Shown here in pieces: positions 53,467-64,000 of a stretch of DNA of 64,000 nucleotides; within the stretch, counting starts at the first letter, position 1; each line of letters begins with the position of its first letter. The notes beneath the pieces are model-generated. The model was given only the letters and a program-made list of their open reading frames with translations. It was not told the origin of the DNA and ran no database searches. Where the stretch lies: NCBI RefSeq assembly GCF_006345805.1, contig NC_043006.1, positions 67,890,001 through 67,954,000 on the forward strand, in the 5' to 3' direction. The stretch comes from Octopus sinensis (lineage: Eukaryota). The translations under genes and the position numbers were made by a program.

Positions 53467-54701
53467 TCTATAATATAAATTGGACATGGGTGATCGTTGT
53501 ATTCTTTCTTTCTTGAGGTTCACAGCCAAACATCTGGGTGCAGACGGGTGCATAGATCAGAATGTGGTTTATAATTTTTTCCTAGCCCCCATACTTACCA
53601 AGAAAATCAATTAAAACTTTTTCTAATGGAATTACCCTGTGTTCTGCCATTAAAACAATCAGTTGCTCACACACCTGGCATATACCATTTCACTAGCAAC
53701 AAGGGGAGTACAGGATGACAGTCAGCCAAAGTCATTCATACATACATAACATTTCTCCCTTTTTCTCTGTCAGTCACTCACACATTCATTCACTACAAAA
53801 AGGGAATAAAAAAAATTCAGTTAACTCTCTCTTGGCCATACATAGATACATACATCTATGTATACATACATACATACATAACAACTTGCGCGTGTGTGTG
53901 TGTGTGTCACTGAAGCCATTCATACATACATAACCTCTCTCTCTCTCTCGCTTTTTCTCTGTCAATCACTCACACATTCACTCACTACAAAAAGTGAATA
54001 AAAAATTTCAGTTATCTCTCTCTCTCTCTCTCACATACACATAAACCAGCAACATTACTCTCTCTGTCTCTTCACACACACTAACAAAAGCAATTCGCAT
54101 ACACACCACACATTGTCTTGCACACCCCATCAAACACACACACACACAAACATGCACGCACACACATCAATTCTTCCGTTTCACATCAACTTCAAAAGAA
54201 CTTCACTCATACAATTGCGTTCCCTCTCTGTTTCTTTCGCTTTCACACTGACTTCAAAAGATCCCCTTCCCCCCCTCTCTCTCTCTTTCGGAGAGGCACT
54301 GAGCAGCTATACGCACACATTAAATAAAATGAAAATTTTTTACGGAAACCAACGATCATCTTCAAAAATGTAAATAAACACATGTGGTTTATAAGTGGTT
54401 TGTAAGTGACAGTCGTGTGTTCCCATATCAAAAGAGCACCCAATATTTTAATGATTACAAAGAGGTCCAATAGAATAGCTCTCAGAAACAGACTACATAC
54501 AAATCCATTCTTCACAACTCTTGAAGCAGTTTTCTGACAAGGGGTGGGGAATCAGGAAATTGTCATACAGCTGGAGGCTCCAATCAAAACAGGGGACCCA
54601 AAATGGTAAGGTTGAGAAACGTTGTTATAGATTATGCCTAACCGAAAACGATCACAACCACATCATCCAAACAGACCAGGTGAAACTGGGCTTAGCTGCT
54701 A
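53467..54701 (+). mobile_element. Putative old non-autonomous Helitron
   Basis: a|TCTATAATATAAA start; 3' hairpin ccaggtgaaactgg followed by a degenerate ctac|t end. Internal 70-bp duplication (53760/53953). Confidence 0.5.
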
Positions 54702-54729
54702 CTATATATATATATATATATATATTTAT

Positions 54730-55339
54730 ACAAATTGAGATAGGGGTTGTAAATGCAACCCACTATGGGATACCATATATCCAATATACTGCTAGTGAGG
54801 TACCCAACAAAGTTAATACATAAATGTTAAGAATTGCGATACAATTAATTCATTTACTGTATTATATGGGCAAAGGTAAAATGTTTTACCACAAATTCAT
54901 AATACAAAATAAGAAAATGGAGAAATACATCGAAATCAAATATCAATTACCAGATAATACTCAATCACATACTTTATTAAACTACTACATAAGAAACTAT
55001 AAGGTTAAACATAATAATGCAGGGTAAAGCAGTGTGCATGAAGGAGTGTAGATGAAATAGTAATGTTATACGATAAGTAGAATACGTATAATAGAACATA
55101 AATATAATATTTATATTTATATTTATGTGTACTTATATTTATATTTATGTTCTATTATACGTATTCTACTTATTGTATAACATTACTATTTCATGTACAC
55201 TCCTTCATGTACACGGCTTTACCCTGCATTATTATGTTTAACCTTATTGTTTCTTATGTAGTGGTTTAATAAAGTATGTGATTGAGTATTATCTGCTAAT
55301 TGATATTTGATTTCGATGTATTTCTCCATTTTCTTATTT

Positions 55340-55342
<3 letters not shown>
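54730..55342. repeat. (TA)n-embedded AT-rich element with a ~200-bp inverted repeat
   Basis: Arms about 54902-55107 and 55139-55342. Segments are shared with 49139-49421. Confidence 0.8.
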
Positions 55343-55397
<55 letters not shown>

Positions 55398-55444
55398 CAT
55401 ATATAAACATACATATATATGCATGTGTGTGTATATATATATAT

Positions 55445-55714
55445 GGAGGTGCAACGGCCCAGTGATTAGGGCAGCAGACTCGCGGTCGTAGGATCGCGGT
55501 TTCGATTCCCAGGCCGGGCGTTGTGAGTATTTATTGAGTGAAAACACCTAAAGGCTCCATGAGGCTCCAGCAGGGGTGATCCCTGCTGTACTCTTTCTTC
55601 TGTTGGCCTGCTCGCTTAGCCAGCGGGGTGGTGTCATTCGAAGGCTAAAACAATGCGAACGCATTGTGACCAGCGATGTGTAACTACATCTGATGGACTG
55701 GTCGGTCACGTGAT
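55445..55714 (+). mobile_element. tRNA-derived SINE (third family)
   Basis: tRNA-like head ggcccagtgattagggcagc...ggtttcgattccc. The head recurs at 43490-43590 (-) and the tail at about 24195-24260. Confidence 0.8.
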
Positions 55715-56989
55715 ATGTATATATATACATACATGTGTATACACACACACACATGCATGTATACACAGATAGACACACAGACACATGATACAAGCAGTAA
55801 TACCTGTCATTGATTGGTTAATTACTTTTACTCTTTCTCTATAATAACATTCAAAGTGTTATTATATATAGAGAGATTTACTCTTCCTGCATGTGTGTAT
55901 TTTATAAAAGTAAACATGTAATAATTGAAGTAGAAAAAGATCAATTTTATACACGAACTTCTGTTTGTTTATTATATGACAACAATAAATGAGTTGTATG
56001 CGTTATTTTATATATCAATACAGTAATGGTAATTATATAATACACAAGGCTTTCATCGGCATGAAGCTGTAATGAAAGAGAATTGCCCAACGTGCCACAC
56101 AGTGGGACTGAACCCAAGGCGACATGGTTCACACAGCCACGCCTATAAAGGAGTGATACATTTTGGATAAGATACTCCTTAATACAATTTGCTTAACAAA
56201 AAGATAGGATGTTTACAGCGAGAAGACCTTTGAGTTTAATATTGACTCAAGCAATGAAACAACTAAAAATGCTACACCATACAAGGTGTTCCAGAATTAA
56301 TTATCTGTTTCAATGTTTGGGTTTGTTTATAAAAATACTATTTATTTATGTAGTATTAAGACAGTTTAAATAACTGTTTGAGATTGAAGGCTTAAACAGT
56401 GTTTTTGAGCTGGTATTTAGAAATGATTTGAAACATTTGAAAACTTGTCCAACACTGTGATGAAGAAAGCAGAAGTACATGGATGCAAACTCTTTTTCAT
56501 CTTCTCATTAAGAGGTGTGAAGCAGAAAAACTTCTCAGTCCAACATATTTTGGTGGTGGTCGGATGGGAGAGTGGGAACAACTATGCTGAAGCATTCCAT
56601 ATTTTTGCGTGTGTGTGTGTGGTGGGGTGTTGTTATTCCAAAAGCCAGAAGAGGGGATGATATAAAAAAGTGAAATTTTAGAAATAACTTTGGTTGTTGT
56701 TTGTAGTGAGTTGAGTGACTGCATTGAGATGTCCTTCATTTTGTCTGCTGGTTCAATGGGTATCCATTCACAAGTGGTGGGTATTGCTATTCCAACAACC
56801 AGATAAGGAGTTGATTAAAAAATATCAAAATGTTGGGAAAAAAATTATTTTTCAGAGATTTGGCTGTTACTTCAAGCATATCAAATAGTCATATTAAACT
56901 CTCTGTCATCAGCTTTGCTGATTCAACCAGCATCATTATTTATGGCCAGGTTCCAACCTGGGCTGCAGCAGCAGAGTCCATCTGCCACA

Positions 56990-57205
56990 CTTCTCAGTCC
57001 AACATCACTGCCTCAAGGTCCTGAATACTTTCCAGGCCAGTGTCTGCAATTAAGTCATCAATGTAAATGTAACGATGTTTTCCTCTTCTTACATCACCAT
57101 GAACTGGATTCCACAAGACTAATTTGGATGCTTCCAGTTCAGGGTAGGACACAGCAACCAGATAGTCACAGATAACTTTGCCTGACCTCCATAAAGGCAT
57201 TCATT
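56990..57205 (-). mobile_element. Old LINE (RTE-like) C-terminal remnant
   Basis: ASKLVLWNPVHG..RRGK....YIDDLIADTGL resembles RTE-group C-termini. Confidence 0.55.
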
Positions 57206-58889
57206 TGTCATATGTGGCTGCCATTTCATATTTGTCGATGCAGATTTTGTATGGCCGGATGCCCTTCCAAGAAAAGTAATGTTTCTCTCAATGGTCAGAC
57301 ATGTTTTTGTAGAACATTAGAAATGACTGATAGACACAGACGTAAATACATAAAGCAGTAGGTTTTGAGTGTGTATAAACAGTTGCAAAGTGGAAGAACT
57401 AAGCAGTTAAGTTTAAATATATGTGGAGTATTATAGGGGGGGGGGTCAGGTGAGTATTCCAAAAGTTGGGACAGGGAGGAAGAATTTCAAAACTCAAAAT
57501 ATTAAATTCTTTCTTTTTCAGAATTATAATTTCACCATTCTGAACATATTTTTTGAAAATAGCTAAAAAAAAAAAAAAAAAAAAAATTTTTTAAAACCAT
57601 TGTGTATGGGAGGGATATTTGAAATGTCGAAAAGCTGTTTTGGGATCAAAATCATACTCTCTGTTGTTGAAAACATCGGATTTTGAAGAAATTTTTGGAA
57701 ATCAAATGAAAAGGGGTGAAGCGTTTTCAATACAATTTCTTCCAATTTGCAATTGTTTATACATACTTCATTCAGAACCTACTCTTTCAATTTCCATCCA
57801 CCAAATCCACTCAAAGTTTTGGCTGGCCTGGGGCTGCAGTAGAAGATGCTCATCCAAAGTGCTATGTAGTGGGACTAAACCCAAAACCATGTAGCTGTTA
57901 ATGAAACTTCTTAATGACACAGCCATGCTTCTCTCTATATATTTTTGAGTGTGTATACATTAACCCTGATGGGCAAGCAATTGAATCAAGAGTTGTGACT
58001 ACACAGTCATTCTATTACACCCAGGCAGTGCATCTGGGGCTGCATTATGCAATGTGTCTAATTTTAAAAATTTATTTGTAATATGAGTCAGCTGCTATTT
58101 CTAGCATGTTTGCTAACTTGATAGAGGCTCTCTTGTTATTCAGCCTTGGCTCAATTCTGATGAAAAATATTCCAACCAATCCCAGTTTTTTAAAAGAATA
58201 TAGAACTACATAATCAAGTACAATCCTTATTCAAAAGCCATTTCTAGTAAGTCAACCAACCACTTTGAACCACATACTATTTTTGTGCATCTGGTTAATA
58301 TCCAGCAGTGAAATGTTTATCACAAAACATTTTTTCTATGAGTTTGGTATATTTATTGTCAACAGACTCAATAATAACAGGCTTTATTTCTGTCAAGACT
58401 GGAGCTGACAGAAATATACTAACAACACACTCCTCACCTGACCGTGATATGGTAAGACTGTCATGAAAACTCTAGGAGTGATCTAATATTTAAGGATACA
58501 CTTAGTATTGTGTCAGCAATGAGATAATGATGGGATTAGGAGAGAAGGTATACACAGATGGGGATTAAAAAATGCTTATTTCATATTCTTAGGAAAAAAG
58601 GAAACTGTTACTACTGGGCTGTGAAAGTTGGGATCCTAAAGTGGAGATTGAAAGTAAAATAGGGAACACTTGAAATTGGGTTGGGGCAGTAACTGGAGAG
58701 GGTGAAGGAGACACTTGTTGATGAGGACTGGCTGCAAGGTAAGGACAGTAGCTGGTGTAATTTAGGAGACAGATGTGTTAAGGTGACTTGCTAATATAAG
58801 TTAGAAGTAGGTGATGTAATTCAGAGTTGCACAATGAATTATTTGTGCAAATGATTAAAAAAACAACACAGAAATTAAAATAGAACATC

Positions 58890-58895
58890 TTTATT
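58890..58895 (-). terminator. Candidate polyadenylation signal of IMP4
   Basis: AATAAA on the minus strand about 27 nt after the stop codon, followed by T/GT-rich sequence. Confidence 0.55.
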
Positions 58896-58921
58896 TACAA
58901 ATCAGTATAAATTAAAATAAT

Positions 58922-59037
58922 TCAAGTTTGCTCAGCTAAAAATGTTCTTTTAGCTGTTGTCCTCATGTAAGGCTTGTAAACCCACTCAACATCTGCCGTG
59001 TCAGCATTATCAATTGTTCCCAGGATTATTTTAAACA
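58922..59037 (-). CDS. IMP4: IMP4 U3 snoRNP (Brix domain) protein, last coding exon
   Basis: ttgcag|TG TTT AAA..., encoding (L)FKIILGTIDNADTADVEWVYKPYMRTTAKRTFLAEQT*. This matches the IMP4 C-terminus (LGT...ADVEW...PY.xT..KR.FL). Confidence 0.88.
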
Positions 59038-59407
59038 CTGCAAGTACAACAAAATAAATAAAGTATGGATTTATTATTATATTATTAGTAATAGTTCTGG
59101 TAGTAGTTATTCTTCTTTCAGTTTTGTTTCTCTTTCTTGTCGAGTGTCTTCCCAATGCCTAGGGCAAAGAAACTCACTGTATACATTGGTAAGCCACTAA
59201 AATAAATACACTCAGTTGTTCGTTTACAAAACCAAATAAAGTTATGCAAAAAAAAAAGAAGTTATTTACAGGACAAGTTATTGTTCTCACAGCAACAATG
59301 TTCCTCTAAACATGTTTAATGTACCAGTAAAAACAATCTTTTACACTACTTGCAGGTAAACAAGAGATCATTCTTAAATAATTTTCTGTTTCTTTTTATT
59401 ATTATTA

Positions 59408-59620
59408 AGGTGGTGAGCTGGCAGAATCGTTATCACGTCAGACAAAATTGCTTAGCGGCATTTCATCCATTTTTATGTTCTGAGTTCAAATGCTGCCAAG
59501 GTTGACTTTGTCTTTCATCCTTTCAGGGTCAATAAAAAACTACCAGTTGAACACTGGGGTCATGATAATTGACTTATCCCCTTCCACAAAATTGGTGGCC
59601 TTGTACAAAAATTTGAAAAC
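59408..59620 (+). mobile_element. SINE of the 10689 family
   Basis: Collinear similarity to 10689-10898. Confidence 0.75.
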
Positions 59621-59739
59621 ATTATTATTGTATTCTTAACACATTACTGAATCAATCTAGTCAACAGTTGATATTCTGTTATTGCCCCCATGGGAGTGGG
59701 GTACAAGTACTTTAAGCAGCAGGAACACTATCACTATAT

Positions 59740-59997
59740 CATCATCATTTAACATCCATTGTCCATGCTAGCATGAGTTGGACAATTTGATCAGTGCTGC
59801 TAAGCTGAGGGTCTGCACCAGACTCCAGTCTGATTTGGCATGCTTTCTACAGCTGGATGCCCTTCCCAACACCAATCATTCCGAGAGTGTAATGGGTGCT
59901 TTTACGTGCCACCGGTACCAGTACCAGTTATGTAACACCAGTATCTGCCATAACTACAATTTCACTTGACTTGATGACTCTTCTTCTCAAGCACAGC
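59740..59997 (-). mobile_element. RTE 3'-tail fragment
   Basis: Diverged copy of the same tail. Confidence 0.75.
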
Positions 59998-60176
59998 AAA
60001 TATATATATGTATAATATATATATATTATACATATGTATATCATCATCATTTAATGTCTGCTTTCCATGCTAGCATGGGTTGGACGATTTGACTGAGGAC
60101 TGGCGAACCAGATGACTGCACCAGGCTCCAAAGATAGATAGATAGATAGATAGATATAGAGAGAGAGAGAGAGGGG

Positions 60177-60208
<32 letters not shown>

Positions 60209-60515
60209 TATGAATATCTGTGTCTTTGTGTCAGTGTTTATACCCCACTACTGCTTGGCCAACGGTGGCGTGTAACCTTATAACCTAGCAGTTCAACAAA
60301 AGAGACTAACAGAACAAGTCCCAAGCTAAAAAAACAAAAGGTAAGTGCTGGGGTTAATTCATTCAACTAAAAAATTCAAGGTGGTGCCCCAGCATGGCTG
60401 CTTATCTAATGGCTGAAACAAGTAAAAGATAGAAAATAAAAAGAAACATTACACTTTGAAAATAGAGCTTATAGTGTTTTGTATACATTTCAATAAATGA
60501 TATAGTTTTACTTAC

Positions 60516-60592
60516 ATTTTAGCTCAAACCTTGGTCCAACTTCGGTTAATTCAATTTTTTTTGATTCAGCATTCTTTGAGTAAACATGATGC
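60516..60592 (-). CDS. IMP4: IMP4 penultimate exon, copy 1
   Basis: ttctag|G CAT CAT...AAA T|gtaagt, 77 nt, encoding HHVYSKNAESKKIELTEVGPRFELK with the Brix E.GPRFELK motif. Its phase 1 end joins the last exon. Confidence 0.85.
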
Positions 60593-60771
60593 CTAGAAAA
60601 ATGAAGCCAAAGAATTGAAACCAGTTTAAATAGAACACGCTTTTGCAATTTTAAAAACAAGATTTCGTTTCATCATCATCATCGTTTAACATCCACTTTC
60701 CATGCTAGCATGGTTGGACGATTTGACTGAGGACTGGCGAACCAGATGACTGCACCAGGCTCCAAAGATAG

Positions 60772-60805
<34 letters not shown>

Positions 60806-61145
60806 AGGGGGGGAGAGAGAGAGAGAGAGAGAGAAAGAGATATGAATATCTGTGTCTTGTGTCAGTGTTTATACCCCACTACTGCTTGGCCAACGGTGGC
60901 GTGTAACCTTGTAACCTAGCAGTTCAACAAAAGAGACTAACAGAACAAGTCCCAGCTAAAAAAACAAAAGGTAAGTGCTGGGGTTAATTCATTCAACTAA
61001 AAAATTCAAGGTGGTGCCCCAGCATGGCTGCTTATCTAATGGCTGAAACAAGTAAAAGATAGAAAATAAAAAGAAACATTACACTTTGAAAATAGAGCTT
61101 ATAGTGTTTTGTATACATTTCAATAAATGATATAGTTTTACTTAC

Positions 61146-61222
61146 ATTTTAGCTCAAACCTTGGTCCAACTTCGGTTAATTCAATTTTTTTTGATTCAGC
61201 ATTCTTTGAGTAAACATGATGC
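61146..61222 (-). CDS. IMP4: IMP4 penultimate exon, copy 2 (identical duplicate)
   Basis: Same 77 nt and same splice sites as 60516-60592, displaced by 630 bp. Confidence 0.8.
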
Positions 61223-61300
61223 CTAGAAAAATGAAGCCAAAGAATTGAAACCAGTTTAAATAGAACACGCTTTTGCAATTTTAAAAACAAGATTTCGTTT

Positions 61301-61580
61301 CATCATCATCATCGTTTAACATCCACTTTCCATGCTAGCATGGGTTGGACGATTTGACTGAGGACTGGCGAACCAGATGGCTGCACCAGGCTCCAATCTG
61401 ACCTGGCAGAGTTTCTACAGCTGGATGCCCTTCCTAACGCCAACCACTCCAAGAGTGTAGTGGGTGCTTTTATGTGCCACCGGCACGAGGGCCAGTCAGG
61501 TGGTACTGGCGACAGCCTAGCTCAAATGGTGTTTTTTACGTGCCACCTGCACTGGCGATGACCTCGCTTGAATGTTGTTT
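61301..61580 (-). mobile_element. RTE 3'-tail fragment
   Basis: Same tail motifs; forms the right boundary of the 630-bp duplication. Confidence 0.85.
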
Positions 61581-62524
61581 GCTAGAATCTGAGAAGGGAA
61601 AGAACACATAAAATACACAACTGGACAATAGGACAGAAATTACTTCATAATTCATATCAGCTGAATTAAAAATGTAAATATATAAGTGATGTATTGATGT
61701 CTATAACTGATGGTCATTATATTCCAGAAAAGCTAAACCAATCTAAAATAAGTTCATAAAATATTATAAAGGTTAGAGAAACTGCACAAAAAAAAAAATA
61801 TGAATAATTAAACAATGTGAAATAATATGAATGACAATATTGATTCAGATAACTATAATAAAAGTTCCTGTCTGATTTGGTTTGGTTTCTATGTCAGGAT
61901 GCCCTTCCTAACATCAACCACTTTACAGAGTGTGCTGGGTGCTTTTAATTGGCACAGGTGCTCTTATGTGGCACTGGCACAAATGCTTTTTATGTGGAAG
62001 TGGCACGGGGCTCTTGCAGGCCAATCCTCTTCATCAGGGGGAGCAGCATTAGCACTTCCACTGTGGAGGACGAGTCTTCTCGAGTTCAGCAAGGAGCCAG
62101 ATATCTCAAAGTTCGCCTTGAACCTATGTGGGTCTGAATTCAATTCTTATTTCTTTATTGCCCACAAGACGCAGGAGTGGCTGTGTGGTAAGTATCTTGT
62201 TTACGAACCACATGGTTCCGGGTTCAGTCCCACTGCATTGAACCTTGAGCAAGTGTCTTCTACTGTTGCCTCAGCTGACCAATACTCTACAAATGAAATT
62301 TGGTAGCTAGAAACTGTGTAGAAGCCCACTGTATATGTATGAGTGTGCCAGAGAGAAACTACCAAAACATCAATGGCTCAAACACAAATACATTGTGTTA
62401 CACAGACATTCTCTATCATTCTCCTCATTGGAAATGCAGTGACAGACTCTTTGGAAACCTGAAATCTGTGGTGCTATCGTTCACAAAGGCATGACTGAGA
62501 GGAACTAAAAAAGCTAAAAAGATA

Positions 62525-63420
62525 TCATCATCATCGTTTAACATCCGTTTTCCATGCTAGAATGGGTTGGATGGTTCAACCAGGAGGCTACACCAGGCTC
62601 TAGTCTGATCTGGCAGTGTTTCTACAGCTCAATGCCCTTTCTAACGCCAATCACTCCATGAGTGTAGTGGGTACTTTTTACGTGCCACCAGTACAGGGGC
62701 CAGAGGAGGCTGGAAACGGCCACGATCAGATGGAGCTTTTTATATGTCACTGGCACAGGTATCACAACTACAATTTCCATTTGATTTTCATTTTGATGTT
62801 ATGTACTTGACTCAATAGGTCTCCTCAAGCACAGCAGGTCGCCCTACAATCCAAGGTACTTTTGAATGGGCTGGGGCTGGTTAAGCTAAACTGGTATAGG
62901 ATACAGCCATGAACTCACTTTATTTGCTGGGTCTTTGCAGTCACAGCATATCTCCAGAGGTCTTGGCCTTTCGTCATTGCCTCTGTGAGGCCCAAAGGTC
63001 ATGCTTGACCACCTCATGCCATGTCTTCCTGGGTCTACCTCAACCCCGGATTCCTTCAACTGTTTGGGAGTGGCAGTTCGCACACATGCATCGTACAATC
63101 TACCTTTCACTCTGAGTGAGAGGCCCTTTGTCACCAGCAGGGGTAAGAAGCTTTCTAAACTTTGCCCAGGCTATTCTTATTCTAGTGGTGACACTCTCTG
63201 AGCATCCACCCCCACTACTAACTTGATCACCTAGGTAGCGGAAGCTATCAACTACTTCTAGTTTCTCCCACTGGAGTGTGATGGAATCTGTTTTCTGAGC
63301 ATCTGTGATGTTTATTGCCCCTGTGCATCTGCTGCACATGAAAGCTACCTTCTCAGTTATCTTTCTTTGATGTTGCTGCACCTCTTATGTGTTCATAACT
63401 TACACTGGGTACATCTTATA
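62525..63420 (-). mobile_element. Internally deleted, 5'-truncated RTE derivative
   Basis: ORFs 63100-63381 and 62886-63134 match the RTE C-terminus. The deletion junction is the same as in 25052-25981. Confidence 0.88.
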
Positions 63421-64000
63421 TAAAAATATATTTAGAAGTAAATGACTGAATACAAAGTAAACTTTGGGAAATAGAAAAGACATGAGTTATTTCCCTTACA
63501 ATGTCAACCATTATTTCTTTCTATTGTCATTGCAAAGATTTTGTCAGTTTGATACATTAAAAATATATTAAAACATGTTATAACATCAAACAGTAGAGTC
63601 TATTACCATATAAATCATAGTTTGAATGACAACAAATCAGGTTCAATATAATTTTAGCTTCCACCTCGGTCGAGGGCAAGTCCAATTATTGTTTTTGACT
63701 GACCAAACATAGATCAATGATGGATATTATATAATATCTAGATTAAAACTGACAACTAGTTCTTTTCACTAGCAGGCTTATGATCAAAGACATTCCAACC
63801 ACAATCATCCTATCTTTTATTCAGACATTGCTCAACATGTCCTTAGATAGAAGGGTATAGTTTAAGGGAGATTTGGCTGCTATTTTCAGCAAGTCAAGCA
63901 ACCATGTAGATCATTAGATCATAGTTAAGGATTGTGTCAGAGAGAGTGATCTGCACTCACTAATCCCTTGGTGACCATACTTCTACAGAATTCCATTGGC

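Larger units (their letters stand above)
60061..61396. repeat. 630-bp tandem duplication containing an IMP4 exon
   Basis: Period of 630 bp with near-identical sequence. Confidence 0.95.

Noticed and set aside
55445-55520. tRNA gene
   Set aside because: The tRNA-like head continues into a SINE body and recurs elsewhere; the acceptor stem is imperfect.
61580-64000. Upstream IMP4 exons
   Set aside because: I found no ...YISFR-like exon with a phase-2 donor; they probably lie beyond the window.

Overview
AT-rich, microsatellite-rich, intron-containing animal DNA. The SINE and LINE families resemble those of octopus/coleoid cephalopods; this is an inference, not proven. There are two minus-strand host genes, both running off the window. 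A TMEM106-family gene has 4 coding exons between 20135 and 1410. An IMP4-like Brix-domain gene shows its last exons at 58922-61222, with one exon present twice in a 630-bp tandem duplication. Most of the rest is mobile DNA: two divergently oriented, near-intact RTE LINEs whose ORF carries a PHD-type finger inside the RT region, many RTE 3'-tail fragments, decayed Tc1/mariner elements (two with nested Helitrons), and tRNA-derived SINEs. The most unusual signals are short elements embedded in (TA)n tracts that carry minimal hammerhead-ribozyme folds of the Penelope type. One is a palindrome whose two arms give a G3-C8-swapped core consensus. Another has a second copy that begins at its predicted cleavage site. 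Exon and ribozyme coordinates were read base by base; repeat boundaries are approximate.
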